A DNA stretch of 48,168 nt from the IMG/VR virus record IMGVR_UViG_3300021082_000037, positions 1 through 48,168 of that record; one strand, 5' to 3'. The notes under the pieces were generated by a model. The model made no database searches, was not told the origin of the DNA, and saw only the letters and a list, made by a program, of their open reading frames with translations. Source of the DNA: a virus (Duplodnaviria; Caudoviricetes). The position numbers were made by a program, and so were the translations under genes. Below are positions 9,442 to 19,139 of this stretch, in pieces (position 1 is the first letter of the stretch; each line of letters starts with the position of its first letter).

Positions 9442-10620
9442 CTAGGCGATGCCGGTGAGCAGCCCGTGCGTCTTCTCCTGGGCCACCGTCCAGCTGGACT
9501 CGGTCAGGTACTCGGCCGAGACGCGGTCCATTCCGGGACCCTGGCGGTTGGTCAGGAGCTTCGTGTCACGGTCGCGCAGCGGACGCCGCTCGACGTTCGA
9601 GATGTCGACGACGAAGAGGTTGCCGTTGAACCCGTTCGCTCCGGACGGGTAGTTCGACCACTCCTTCTTGACGACGACCGGGACGAGCGTGCCGAAGACC
9701 CCCGAGAGGAAGCCGTCGACCTGGACGCCGTGAACCTTCTCGTTCGACGGCTTCCAGAACGCGCCCTGGCCCGAGCGGTTGAAGCGCGAGATGTAGTACG
9801 CGCCGATGGTGCCGGTGTAGATCACCTTGTCCGCCGACCCCTTCGCGAGCACCGTCGCGAGGAACTGGTCGAGGAAGTCGGAGGTGAGTTCTCCGGCCAC
9901 GTTCTGCTTGTTCGTCTGGATGAACTCGTAGAGTCCACCCGCCGAGCCGGTGACATCGTCACCGGAGGCCACGACGAAGTCGCGAGCACCGAAGAAGCCG
10001 TTGGCCTCCAGCTTCCGCTTGTGCTCCACCAGCTTCCGCGCCGCCTCCTTCGCAGGCTCACGTCCGCCGTAAAGCTCGATGGCGGTCGCCGTGCCCGAGA
10101 AGGTCCAGCTGGTGCGGTGGATCTGGGTGTAGTTGAACCCCAGGACCCGCTGGCTGTACTTCATCGCCGGGATGTCCGCGCCCTGCTTCTGCGCGTCCCC
10201 GACGATCAGCAGCTTGTCGCCGGTCAGACCGGCAACGGAGGCCGCAGGCATGTTGCCCCACGACGGGACGACGGTGAGCGATCCCGCCGCGTTCGCCGTG
10301 ACGAGGAGGGCCTCGCCCGTCCTCATGTTCCGCACCACGTCCTGGGCCTGCACGGAGACGCCGTCACCCGCGGAGACGACGACCGTGGTCGCGCCTGCGG
10401 TGTAACCGGCGGTCAGCGTGATGACCGTGTTGACGTACTGCTCCTCCAGCCAGTTGACCTTCTCGCGTGTCGCCACGCGATTGGTCGAGCGCTGGGTCAT
10501 GGTCGTGAACTGCGTCTGATCCGGGTCGAGCAGGCGCATCTTCGGATCCATGTCCACGACCTTCTCGTCCGCGAGGAACTCCTCGGTCTGGACGAACGCG
10601 CCGACAGCAATGTCAGCCAT
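9442..10620 (-). CDS. Major capsid protein (HK97 fold, SU10/DUF5309-like)
   Basis: ~392 aa after the scaffold; KVNWLEEQ, FNYTQIHR, TESSWTVAQEKTHGLL motifs; SD GGGAG before ATG 10620. Confidence 0.85.
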   Translation of the reverse strand: MADIAVGAFVQTEEFLADEKVVDMDPKMRLLDPDQTQFTTMTQRSTNRVATREKVNWLEEQYVNTVITLTAGYTAGATTVVVSAGDGVSVQAQDVVRNMRTGEALLVTANAAGSLTVVPSWGNMPAASVAGLTGDKLLIVGDAQKQGADIPAMKYSQRVLGFNYTQIHRTSWTFSGTATAIELYGGREPAKEAARKLVEHKRKLEANGFFGARDFVVASGDDVTGSAGGLYEFIQTNKQNVAGELTSDFLDQFLATVLAKGSADKVIYTGTIGAYYISRFNRSGQGAFWKPSNEKVHGVQVDGFLSGVFGTLVPVVVKKEWSNYPSGANGFNGNLFVVDISNVERRPLRDRDTKLLTNRQGPGMDRVSAEYLTESSWTVAQEKTHGLLTGIA

Positions 10621-10771
10621 CTCCACTCCCTGGTATCGAGTTGTCTACAGGACTCGTATCCATCGGGAGTGCCGCGAGCGCGGTTCCTCAGGAACTATGT
10701 GCCCGGACCGTGCCGCCTCGGCGGTGGTCAGGGGGCTGGCTCGGATCCTAGCCCAGCCCCCCGGATTCTGT

Positions 10772-11869
10772 CTACTCGTCTCTGCCGTAGGTGGGCCGGT
10801 TGCCGTCCCAGCCGCGCTCCTCGATCTCGGCGTCGAACGACTCCCAGAACTTGCTCTTCTTCGGCGTCTCGACGCGAGGCCCTCCGCCCGTGATCCCGGC
10901 TGCCTGCTGTCGCAGCTGCTCCTCCTGGACCCGAGCCTGGACCACGTCCTCGGCCTTGGCCTTGGCGACGGTGGTCTGAGTCTGGGCGACGAGGTCGTAG
11001 ATCGAGCGGGTCGCGATCCGGCGCACGTCGTCGTCCTGGGACATCATCCCCTGCACCGAGGGGTGAGAGGTGCCAAGCTCCTCCGCCTTGGCGAGGATCA
11101 GCGGCCCGTGGCGCTCGATGTCGAGGCCGAGCGAGATGAACGTCTGCCCGAGCGCCTGCGTGTAGGACTCCTGCTCGGAGGGCTGCGGCGTCGAGACGGC
11201 CTGCAGGACCCGCGAGTGGAGCACCCGCGCACGCCGGGCCTCGTCCTCGCCGAGCGCTGACCAGCGGTCCATGATCGAGGCGTAGAGGTCGGGCCGCTGT
11301 GCCTGGAGCGCGTTGTAGGCCCACTCGCCGGGGTCACCTGAGAGCAGCGACTCGTTGACCCAGGCGTCCTCCTCCGGGGTCAGGTTGCCGACCGTGTTGA
11401 GCGCGTCGATCCGCTCCTGAAGCTCTCGCGCCTGCGCCTGCTCCTGAAGCTCCCGCGCCTCCTCGGCCTTGCGCCCGAGCATCTTCTCCTTCTCGAACGC
11501 GGCCCGAGCCAGCTTGTCGGCGGAGGGGTTGTCGAGGTCGAGGTCCTCTCCGTACTGCTTCCTCGCCCAGGCGACGTACTCCTCCTCCTGCTCGACTGTC
11601 CCTTCCTCGGGCGCAGGTTCTCCCTGCTCAGGGGGCACTTCTTCGCTAGTTGGGGCCTCTTCTGTCGGCTCCGGTGTCCCTTCTGCGGGAGGCTCCTCCG
11701 CCGGAGGCTCCTCCGCCGGGGTGTCGGTGGCGACCTCGGAGATCGGCTTCGCCTCCGGCTCGGCCTCCGGGAAGGGGGCCTCGTTCTCGACGGGCGGCTT
11801 GGCCCCGAAGATCTCCTCGTTGAAGAAGTCCTCTACCTCGCGCTCTGCTTGATCTGCGGCCTCAGACAT
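10772..11869 (-). CDS. Capsid scaffolding protein
   Basis: Acidic Pro/Glu-rich N-terminus, helical core, between portal and capsid. Confidence 0.75.
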   Translation of the reverse strand: MSEAADQAEREVEDFFNEEIFGAKPPVENEAPFPEAEPEAKPISEVATDTPAEEPPAEEPPAEGTPEPTEEAPTSEEVPPEQGEPAPEEGTVEQEEEYVAWARKQYGEDLDLDNPSADKLARAAFEKEKMLGRKAEEARELQEQAQARELQERIDALNTVGNLTPEEDAWVNESLLSGDPGEWAYNALQAQRPDLYASIMDRWSALGEDEARRARVLHSRVLQAVSTPQPSEQESYTQALGQTFISLGLDIERHGPLILAKAEELGTSHPSVQGMMSQDDDVRRIATRSIYDLVAQTQTTVAKAKAEDVVQARVQEEQLRQQAAGITGGGPRVETPKKSKFWESFDAEIEERGWDGNRPTYGRDE

Positions 11870-12179
11870 TGCTCAGTTCCTCCTCGTCCTCTTCGATCTC
11901 CACTCCCTGCGAGCGAAGGTAGGTGATCAGCTTCCGCTCGGCCCCGACCGGCATCGCGATCTGCCAGCGCAGCACGAAGAGGCAGCCTCTCCAGAAGTCC
12001 ATCTTGCGCTGGTCCACTCCCTCGGGCCGCTTGGCCTCGACCAGCATCTGCTTCTCGATCCGAGCTACCTCGCGCTGGTGCTCCTCGATGTACTCGGGCC
12101 AGTTCGGATTCTTCGTCAGCCCGGACAACGCAGCTTGCCGTCGAGTGAGTACCTCTCGGGCCTCGCGGGATAGCGCCAT
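11862..12179 (-). CDS. Small conserved protein between portal and scaffold
   Basis: 105 aa; L.KNPNW...G motif and position typical of podovirus head modules. Confidence 0.7.
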   Translation of the reverse strand: MALSREAREVLTRRQAALSGLTKNPNWPEYIEEHQREVARIEKQMLVEAKRPEGVDQRKMDFWRGCLFVLRWQIAMPVGAERKLITYLRSQGVEIEEDEEELSNV

Positions 12180-12188
12180 CAGATCAGG

Positions 12189-14075
12189 CTATTGCATCCT
12201 TCCGACCTGCGCGAGTTGTGACTGGGCGAAGGACTCGGGCGTCATGCTCAGTCCGCCGCCCGGAGGAGCCGTCATCCCGGCGGGGTTCCCTGGGACGGGA
12301 GGGCCGGAAGGAGCGCCCCCAGGGGAGGGAGGTGTAGCTGCTCCTCCTGCTGCGGCTGCACCGGCCTGCGGACCGGCAGCCCCCGCCGTCCCAGGCGCGT
12401 GCGCGAAGTACTTCTCGGTGTCCTGGACCCCGTAGGACTTGAGGAAGTCCTCCACGAAGGCACGCATGTTGAGGGGGATGATCTGCGAGATGTTGGCCGC
12501 GGTCTGGAGCTTGGCCTGCTCCTCCTGCCGCTTCTCCTGCCGCAGCATCGAGTCGTCCATGACCGAGATCTTGCAGTCGAAGTCGCCCTGGAGGTCGAGC
12601 GGTGAGAGGAGGACGAGGCGGCGGTTGCCCTCCTTGCCCATCACCGAGATCGCCCGGTCGCCGCGCATCATCTGGCCCATCACCTGGAGGAACTGCTCCC
12701 CGATCTGCTCGTAGGCCCAGACGTAGTGCTGCTTCCGGGCCTGGATGATCTTCTGGGCGATGGAGGTGATGATCGACATCCCCGTCGCGGTCGTCTGGTC
12801 GATGGTCCCCGAGGAGACGCCACCGGCCATCGGCAACCCGCCCATGATGTTCTGCAGGTCGCCCTTGATCAGCTGCTCGGTCTGGATCGTCATCGTGCCC
12901 AGGTTCGGGTCGACCGGCAGCGTCGACACCTGGCCCGGATCCTCGACGAACCACTGAGCGCCGGGGTGGAACTCGAAGCTGTCGGGGTCGTCCACGTCGG
13001 TGCGGATCAGGGTGATCAGGTTCCCGGCCAGGCGCAGGTTGTCGATCCTCTGATTCTGGATCGTCCACAGCATCTGCTGCAGCTGACCAAGGGCCTCGAC
13101 GACCGAGATCCCGTCCATCTGGAAGGCGTCCGGCATCGCCGAGGTGACGACGAAGGGCTTGCGCCCGTGCCGGTAGGGGTTCGGGATGTCCTGGAGGACG
13201 ACGCGGCGGTTGCCGACGGTGATCACGCGCTCGTCGGTCCAGTACTCCAGCACCTCGATCAGTCCCTTGGTGCGGTCCTGGTTGCGGAGGATCTGCTCGC
13301 GCTCGCCGTAGCCGGTCTGAGCGGCGATGTTCTGCGTCTCCTTGAGGTCGTCGACCTTCTTGTACAGCCCCGCCTGCTCCATCTTCTTGAGCGCGTCGAA
13401 GGTCTGCCAGGAGCGGTCGATCACCCAGGCGGCGTCATCGACGTTGGTCGCGCTCTCGGGCCGGAAGAAGTCGCGCACGTCGCGGACGGTCATCGTCGGG
13501 CCGTCGAAGATCGTCACCTCCTGCTCGTCCTCGGAGGTCGAGGGGAAGCTGTGGATCACGTCACCGAACTGGTCCAGGATCTGGGCCTCGACCGGGGTCA
13601 GGACCATCCGCTTGGTCTTCTTCGTGCGCCAGCCGATCTTGGCGACGGTCTTCCCGGCGACGAGGTCCTGCTGCATGAAGGGCCTCTGCTTCATCGGGAA
13701 GTCGTCGTTGTCCATCGCCCACTGCAGGGCCTGGGTCGCGATCTCGCCGCCGCCGAGCCGGGCCAGGATCACCTCCAGCCCCTCGAAGGGCTGCGGCCGT
13801 GGCGTCACGTTCCACATCGGGTTCGGGTCGAGCATCGTCGCGATCATTCCCTCGACCGTCTGCAGGATGTAGGGCGTCGTCAGGTTCGAGCGCCAGGCGT
13901 CCTGCTCGTCGGTGCGAAGCTCGGCCATCCCGCGGTAGGCGCGGTAGCGGCGCTCGACCTTGTCGACGTAGTTCTGGCTGAACTGCTCCGCCGACTCCTG
14001 GGCGGAGACGACCAGCGAGAGCGCGTCCGCGTACTCCAGCGTCGGCTCGTACGGATCTCGGAGATCCTCAGCCAC
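12189..14075 (-). CDS. Portal protein
   Basis: 628 aa; WRSNL..PY, IEVLEYW, NPYRHGRKPFV, G.SVVE.L..LQ...NQRIDN, TATG motifs of P22/SU10-type portals. Confidence 0.9.
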   Translation of the reverse strand: MAEDLRDPYEPTLEYADALSLVVSAQESAEQFSQNYVDKVERRYRAYRGMAELRTDEQDAWRSNLTTPYILQTVEGMIATMLDPNPMWNVTPRPQPFEGLEVILARLGGGEIATQALQWAMDNDDFPMKQRPFMQQDLVAGKTVAKIGWRTKKTKRMVLTPVEAQILDQFGDVIHSFPSTSEDEQEVTIFDGPTMTVRDVRDFFRPESATNVDDAAWVIDRSWQTFDALKKMEQAGLYKKVDDLKETQNIAAQTGYGEREQILRNQDRTKGLIEVLEYWTDERVITVGNRRVVLQDIPNPYRHGRKPFVVTSAMPDAFQMDGISVVEALGQLQQMLWTIQNQRIDNLRLAGNLITLIRTDVDDPDSFEFHPGAQWFVEDPGQVSTLPVDPNLGTMTIQTEQLIKGDLQNIMGGLPMAGGVSSGTIDQTTATGMSIITSIAQKIIQARKQHYVWAYEQIGEQFLQVMGQMMRGDRAISVMGKEGNRRLVLLSPLDLQGDFDCKISVMDDSMLRQEKRQEEQAKLQTAANISQIIPLNMRAFVEDFLKSYGVQDTEKYFAHAPGTAGAAGPQAGAAAAGGAATPPSPGGAPSGPPVPGNPAGMTAPPGGGLSMTPESFAQSQLAQVGRMQ

Positions 14076-14448
14076 CGAGCGCAGACCGCAGCTTGTCCGT
14101 CTTCTGAGTCTCCGAGGCGAGGACCTTCTGCAGGTCGGCCTGGACCTTGTCGATCATGTGCGAGCGCACGTCGTCGGGGTCGGCCATCCCTGCCCTGCGG
14201 AGCAGGTCGATGGCTTCGCGCACCATCGCGAGCGGGTCGTCGTCGACCGGCTCCTCGGCGAGCGCGGCCTCCTCACCGGCCATCGGCCCCTGCGCGAGCA
14301 GGTCGGGTGAGTTCTGTCCGACGCCCCCTGAGAGCGCAGCCATCAACTCGGGCGGGAGTCCGCCGCCTGCCTCCGGTGGGGGAGGTCCTGCCGCACCGAG
14401 TCCAGGCGGCGGTCCTGCCATCATCGCTGGATCCATCATCTGGCTCAC
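14068..14448 (-). CDS. Hypothetical Pro/Gly-rich protein
   Basis: SD GAGGAG, GTG start, overlaps the portal start. Confidence 0.65.
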   Translation of the reverse strand: MSQMMDPAMMAGPPPGLGAAGPPPPEAGGGLPPELMAALSGGVGQNSPDLLAQGPMAGEEAALAEEPVDDDPLAMVREAIDLLRRAGMADPDDVRSHMIDKVQADLQKVLASETQKTDKLRSALGG

Positions 14449-14502
14449 GGTCCGCTCCTCAGGTAGAGATCAGCCTGGATCGTAGGGATTGAGCCAGACG
14501 GC

Positions 14503-16122
14503 TCACTCCCACTCATAGGTAGCACGGTACTGCTTTCGGCGCTTCTTGACACGCTTGCGAGCGTCGTGGGCGTGGTGCCCGTAGAGCCGGTAAAGCTCAA
14601 GCGCGATGCAGAGCGCCATCACCCGGTCGTCGTTCGCGCCGTCGGCCGCTCGCGGTGAGGGGGAGACATCGCGGCGGACGAAGGTCTTGCACTCCAGGAT
14701 CAACTCGGTCGGCATGTGCGGCAGCGTCCGCTCGCGGATCCACTGCTCGGCCTGGTTGATGATCTGGGGCCGGGTCTTCGTCGTGATCGGGAAGCCGTAG
14801 GTGATGTGCTGCTTGAAGTCGGGACGGTCCTCGATCCGGTGCCGGTAGAGCTTCGGGTAGGGAGGCCTGCCCTTGCGGCCGTCCCGGAGGCTGAGGACGA
14901 TTGGCTCGCCGTAGCCGCCACCCATCTCGGGCGCGATCCTGGCGGTGTTGAACATCCGGCCCAGGAAGTGAGCCTGCTCGGCGGCGAGGTCTGGATCGAT
15001 CCGGGCGTGGAACTCGGCGCAGATGTTGCCGTCGGTGAGGTCGATCACGAACATGCTGGTGTAGTCCTTGCCGCGGCCGGTGGCGACATCGATGGCGAGG
15101 CCGTAGGAGCGGTCCTTGACCGGGTGGTCGTAGAGGTGGATCCAGCCGTCCTTGCGCCGCACCACCTTCGCCTTCTTGCCGTCCTCGTCGACCTGGAACT
15201 GGAAGCGGAACTCGGGCTTGCGCGTCTTCTGCGCGTACCAGGAGAGCGCCTCGGAGTCGAACCAGCAGCCTGCCGTGCCGAGGAAGGCGTCGGCTGGGGT
15301 GAGCGGGTACTGCTCGGCGCGGTCGAACTCGGGCAGCGCCTTCGCGACACGGGCGTACCAGTTCTCGTCCCGGTTGGGGTGGTAGTTCCAGGGCAGGAAG
15401 ATCGTGTGCACGCCGCGGTCGTCGGCGTTCATCCAGAGGTCGTAGAAGGTGCCGCCGATCCCGTTCGCGGTCGAGATGATGATGATCTGTCCGCCGTCGG
15501 CGATGACCGGGATGAAGGCCTTCCAGCCCTCCTCGGCGTAGGCGTGCCGGGCGTGCTCGTCGAGGATGACCAGGGTGGCGACCTGGCCGTGACCCGCCTT
15601 CGGAGTCGAGGGCATGGCGATCAGGGAGGAGATCTGACCCGACGGGTGGCGCAACTCGATCCGGGTCGAGGGCCGTCCCTTCTGGGGCCTGATCACCTCC
15701 ACGTCCATCTTCAGGTGCTCGGGTAGGGACTCGAACAGATCCCAGGCGCGGTTGATCAGGACCGAGGCCTCCGTCTCGTTGATCGAGACGGCGAGCGCGT
15801 TGGTGCCCGGCGTCGTCAGCACCTTCCAGAGCGCGTAGCCGATGGCGATCCAGGAGATCCCCAGCTGCCGCGCCTTCAGGGCGAGCGTGATCTGGTTGAG
15901 CCGGAAGTCGTCCAGCACGTCCCCCTGCCAGGCCCAGCCCGAGTCCTCGCCGAAGTCGAACGAGAAGACCTCGCCCGTGCGAGCGTCGGTGGCGGAGGCG
16001 TGTTCGAGCAGGAACTGAGGTGCGGTGAGAGCGGCCGTCCGCTCCTTGTCCATCTGTGCGAAGCGGCTCTGCGCGATCTCCCAGGCTTCCTGCTGCTCGC
16101 GGTCGAGATCGAGCGTCGTCAT
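14503..16122 (-). CDS. terL: Terminase large subunit
   Basis: LKARQLGISW Walker A, VILDE Walker B, STANG coupling motif, AIDVATG and DDRVMA nuclease motifs. Confidence 0.95.
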   Translation of the reverse strand: MTTLDLDREQQEAWEIAQSRFAQMDKERTAALTAPQFLLEHASATDARTGEVFSFDFGEDSGWAWQGDVLDDFRLNQITLALKARQLGISWIAIGYALWKVLTTPGTNALAVSINETEASVLINRAWDLFESLPEHLKMDVEVIRPQKGRPSTRIELRHPSGQISSLIAMPSTPKAGHGQVATLVILDEHARHAYAEEGWKAFIPVIADGGQIIIISTANGIGGTFYDLWMNADDRGVHTIFLPWNYHPNRDENWYARVAKALPEFDRAEQYPLTPADAFLGTAGCWFDSEALSWYAQKTRKPEFRFQFQVDEDGKKAKVVRRKDGWIHLYDHPVKDRSYGLAIDVATGRGKDYTSMFVIDLTDGNICAEFHARIDPDLAAEQAHFLGRMFNTARIAPEMGGGYGEPIVLSLRDGRKGRPPYPKLYRHRIEDRPDFKQHITYGFPITTKTRPQIINQAEQWIRERTLPHMPTELILECKTFVRRDVSPSPRAADGANDDRVMALCIALELYRLYGHHAHDARKRVKKRRKQYRATYEWE

Positions 16123-16252
16123 CGGGGTTAGACTAGACCCTCAACCACACAGACGTGAGCCAGGGTCCTCTTCAGGGGTCCCGTCGCCGCTACGCACTGG
16201 TGCCTCTTGAGGATTGACCCTGGCCCTCGTCCGACTTATCGGAGGTAGCCCG

Positions 16253-16657
16253 ATGCGGAAGATTCTACTGGTGCTCGCGATCACAGCGGCGCTCGTCTTG
16301 GCGAGCGTTGCAGCAGCGGACAACTACGGCACGACCCCTTCTCGGTACGCGAAGAGCAAGGCGATGGTGATGAAGACCTTCGGTCCCCGCTACGGGCCGA
16401 CGATGGTGAGGTGCATGAACCGCGAGTCAGGCGGCAACCCGCTCGCCGCCAACTGGGGCGACTCGAACGGCGGCAGCTTCGGACTCCTGCAGCTGAACGG
16501 TGTCCACCGCTGGCGGAGCGAATCGATGGCACAGTTCAGGGCCAGGATGTGGAACCCGGTCACGCACCTCCAGGCTGCCAAGCGCCTCTTCGACTCCGCG
16601 AGGCGTGACCGGAGCAGCGGCTACAACGGCTTCGCCCCCTGGGGCGGTGGCTGCTGA
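16253..16657 (+). CDS. Secreted lysozyme-like / lytic transglycosylase (SLT/Rpf-like)
   Basis: Signal peptide MRKILLVLAITAALVLASVAAA; RESGGNP.A.N, SFGLLQ, GFAPW motifs; SD GGAGGT. Confidence 0.8.
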   Translation: MRKILLVLAITAALVLASVAAADNYGTTPSRYAKSKAMVMKTFGPRYGPTMVRCMNRESGGNPLAANWGDSNGGSFGLLQLNGVHRWRSESMAQFRARMWNPVTHLQAAKRLFDSARRDRSSGYNGFAPWGGGC

Positions 16658-16917
16658 TGGCCGAGTTCGTCAAGCGGCCGATCCAGATCGAGGCCGTCCA
16701 GTGGGACGGCGAGAACATCGAGGAGGTGACCCGGCTCCAGCTGGAGGGAAGCCCGGTTCTCACCTTCTCCGGCGACAACGTCCTCGTCGAGACACGCGAG
16801 GGGACGATGATGGCCGACCTCGGAGACTGGATCATCCGTGGCATCGCGGGGGAGATCTACCCCTGCAAGCCCGAGATCTTCGAGGCGACCTACGAGCCGG
16901 TTGAAGACCAGTCGTAA
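16657..16917 (+). CDS. Conserved phage protein (KRP..IEAVQW...GDWIIRG..GEIYPCKPEIFEATY family)
   Basis: Recognisable widespread phage motif; coupled to the upstream gene (TGATG). Confidence 0.85.
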   Translation: MAEFVKRPIQIEAVQWDGENIEEVTRLQLEGSPVLTFSGDNVLVETREGTMMADLGDWIIRGIAGEIYPCKPEIFEATYEPVEDQS

Positions 16918-16923
16918 GCTGCT

Positions 16924-16953
16924 GGCCCTGCGGCGGGATTCCGTCGCGGGGCC
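16924..16953. terminator. Hairpin between convergent genes (possibly bidirectional terminator)
   Basis: GGCCCTGCGGCGG-GATT-CCGTCGCGGGGCC. Confidence 0.6.
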
Positions 16954-17168
16954 TACGGCTCCATCACGATGGCACCAACCCAGGCTGCCTGACCGTTCGC
17001 CATCACCCAGTGCATCGGGCACTGGTTTGCCGCCGCGACACTGACCCCGTTCACCGAGGTGACGATCTTCCTCGCGCAGGGCGAGTTGTTGATCGCGTCG
17101 TTGAAGGCCATCGGCGAGGTGTGAGGAGGCGTCTGCCGGATGCCCCGCGCCAGCGAAGCGCAGGGCAT
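16953..17168 (-). CDS. Hypothetical protein
   Basis: 71 aa, TGATG-coupled. Confidence 0.5.
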   Translation of the reverse strand: MPCASLARGIRQTPPHTSPMAFNDAINNSPCARKIVTSVNGVSVAAANQCPMHWVMANGQAAWVGAIVMEP

Positions 17169-17431
17169 CAGGCCTCGACCTCGTCCTTCTTCGTCTCCTC
17201 GTCCTTCTTCGCCGCAGCAGGCTGTCTCGGAGCAGGAGCCTTGCGTCCCTCCGGCGGGACGTAGTCCGGGATCTTGACCAGCGGCTCGCCGTGCCCGAAG
17301 GCCGCGATGAAGTGGAGCGAGCAGTACTCGATCCCGTCGGGTCCGATCCAGCGAGCGTGAGAGGGATCGCCCAGGTTCGCCTGGCGCTCGATGCAGACGG
17401 GGCAGAGCGGAGGAGACTCGATCTGGCTCAT
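17168..17431 (-). CDS. Small Cys/His protein
   Basis: ATGA-coupled start MSQIESPPLCPVC...YCSLH. Confidence 0.65.
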   Translation of the reverse strand: MSQIESPPLCPVCIERQANLGDPSHARWIGPDGIEYCSLHFIAAFGHGEPLVKIPDYVPPEGRKAPAPRQPAAAKKDEETKKDEVEA

Positions 17432-17817
17432 GTCACACCCAGCTTCGCGTTGCCGGTCAGGGTGTTCCCGACCGAGACGGTGAGGCTGTTCGTCCCCGGC
17501 GCGGCCCAGGTGACCGGGTCGAGTTCGTTGGCCGCGATGGCGGTCGTCGGAGGTGTCCCGTTCTCGATGGTGATCGTGGCCGGGACCGCGCCGCCGACGT
17601 TGAAGGCGAGCGCTCCGGTCCGGTTCGTCTCGATGGCGTAGATCCCCATCGTCCCCGCCAGTCGCTGCAGAGCGGCCTGGGCTGCCCGTCCGCGCTGGGC
17701 CTTCGAGCCGCCGGGCGCGTTCGCGTTGGCGCTGAACCTGTTCATGGCCGCGGTCCTCAGGTTCGCCGGGAGGCGATAGATCAGGCTGGCTTCCTTGGCT
17801 GCGGTCAGTGGTGGCAT
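17428..17817 (-). CDS. Hypothetical protein
   Basis: Start MPPLTAAKE after AGGAGGAG, TGATG-coupled. Confidence 0.65.
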   Translation of the reverse strand: MPPLTAAKEASLIYRLPANLRTAAMNRFSANANAPGGSKAQRGRAAQAALQRLAGTMGIYAIETNRTGALAFNVGGAVPATITIENGTPPTTAIAANELDPVTWAAPGTNSLTVSVGNTLTGNAKLGVT

Positions 17818-17966
17818 CACTCCTCCTTCTGATCTTCGGAATGATCGCGGAGGTGTCGGACGGTGATGTGGATCGTGAGCGGACGCAGGACCAGAACCAG
17901 CCCGAGGATGAACAGCAGCACGCCAAGGCCAGCGCCAATGTCTTCGACGAGGGTCAGTGCGAGCAT
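17817..17966 (-). CDS. 49-aa single-TM protein, holin candidate (not in ORF track)
   Basis: MLALTLVEDIGAGLGVLLFILGLVLVLRPLTIHITVRHLRDHSEDQKEE; directly after the endolysin; charged C-terminus. Confidence 0.55.
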   Translation of the reverse strand: MLALTLVEDIGAGLGVLLFILGLVLVLRPLTIHITVRHLRDHSEDQKEE

Positions 17967-17991
17967 GCATCAAGCATGCCCTTACCCCCGG

Positions 17992-18762
17992 CTAGTGATC
18001 CTGGAACTGCTTGCGGATCGTCGGGATCCCGGAGACGGAGTAGTTGTTGCCGTGCTTCAACTCCTTGCCCTTGCCCCAGAGGTTCTCGATGTTGACGCCG
18101 CAGTGGAGGTGCGGCGTGTAGCCGGAGAACTGGCCCACCTTGCCGACCGTCGCGCCCTTGCCGATCACCTTGCCGACGGCGGGGGCGCTGACCATGTGGC
18201 CGAACCAGTAGCGGATCCCGCTGACGCCCTCCAGGTAGCAGGCGTCCCCCGGCGAGGAGCTTGAGGCCTTGTAGACCTCGACCTTCTCGGGGGCGATGAT
18301 CGTGCAGCCCGGCGTCCAGACGGTGTCGGTGGCGGGGAAGAGCGCGATCCCGCTCGTCGCGTGCGAGAGAGCGAAGTCGAGCAGGGACGCGCCGCCCTTC
18401 TCCAGCGGCCCGAGGTCGGGGACCTTCTTGCCCTGGTCGGAGGCGTACTCGGTCTGGACCTGGTTGATCGCGACCGAGTCGAGCGCCTGCTCTCCCTTGT
18501 GGCTGCCGGACTTGACGACGGCAGCGCGGATCTTGTCGTAGCGGCCCTCGGCATAGCCGTTCTTGCCGGGGTCCCACTCGTCGAGCGCCGCCTCCAGCTT
18601 CTTGTTGAAGACGTTGTCCCAGACATCCGGCTCCCAGGGGAGGAAGCCGAGCCGGGACATCGCTCGCTTCAGGGCGAGCGGCGTGTTGCCCTTGTGCTTG
18701 CCGTTGCCGTCGATGGAGTACGGCCCCGTGTAGGGGAAGTCGGCCTTGCTGATCGTCGCCAT
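17992..18762 (-). CDS. Endolysin candidate: PG-binding-like N-terminus plus M23 peptidase
   Basis: ALKRAMSRLGF N-terminal domain; YWFGHM...V.KG..VGKVG...PHLH M23 motifs. Confidence 0.75.
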   Translation of the reverse strand: MATISKADFPYTGPYSIDGNGKHKGNTPLALKRAMSRLGFLPWEPDVWDNVFNKKLEAALDEWDPGKNGYAEGRYDKIRAAVVKSGSHKGEQALDSVAINQVQTEYASDQGKKVPDLGPLEKGGASLLDFALSHATSGIALFPATDTVWTPGCTIIAPEKVEVYKASSSSPGDACYLEGVSGIRYWFGHMVSAPAVGKVIGKGATVGKVGQFSGYTPHLHCGVNIENLWGKGKELKHGNNYSVSGIPTIRKQFQDH

Positions 18763-19049
18763 CAGGCAGGCTCCTCCACCGGCTCAGGCTCGACCGGCTT
18801 CCGCGCCTCTTCGGCGTCGGTGATGACCTGCTGGATGGCCGTCGAGCACGCGGCCGAGCAGTAGATCTGCTCCGGCGTCGAGAGCGGCATCGAGAACGGA
18901 GCCGGGTTCATCTTGTCCGCGGCCGGGGTCAGCTGGGTCTGAGCGTTGACCCTCAGCCAGCCGTCAAAGCTCTTCGGGTTCAGGCTGTTGCCTGGACAGT
19001 TCGGGTTGTCGCAGGTGATCGTCAGCACGGTCTTGCTCACTACGCCCAT
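18762..19049 (-). CDS. Zn-binding hypothetical protein
   Basis: TCDNPNC...YCSAAC. Confidence 0.7.
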   Translation of the reverse strand: MGVVSKTVLTITCDNPNCPGNSLNPKSFDGWLRVNAQTQLTPAADKMNPAPFSMPLSTPEQIYCSAACSTAIQQVITDAEEARKPVEPEPVEEPA

Positions 19050-19139
19050 CGTCGGCCTCCTTCAAGACGGAACACAGCCAGGCCTCCAGCAGGAGATCTG
19101 AGTTCAGCGTCTGGCTCAGGTGTTCGGCTGTCGCGTTCA

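Noticed and set aside
50-15726. Long plus-strand ORFs (e.g. 940-3171, 3234-5822, 6330-8141, 9421-10893, 12726-14492)
   Set aside because: Antisense shadows of GC-rich structural genes, with Arg/Gly/Val-biased, motif-free translations.
16141-16250. c-di-AMP (ydaO) riboswitch upstream of the Rpf-like gene
   Set aside because: The conserved GCUGAA, GGGGGAA and GUCAGCUAA blocks are not present; only a generic long stem is visible.
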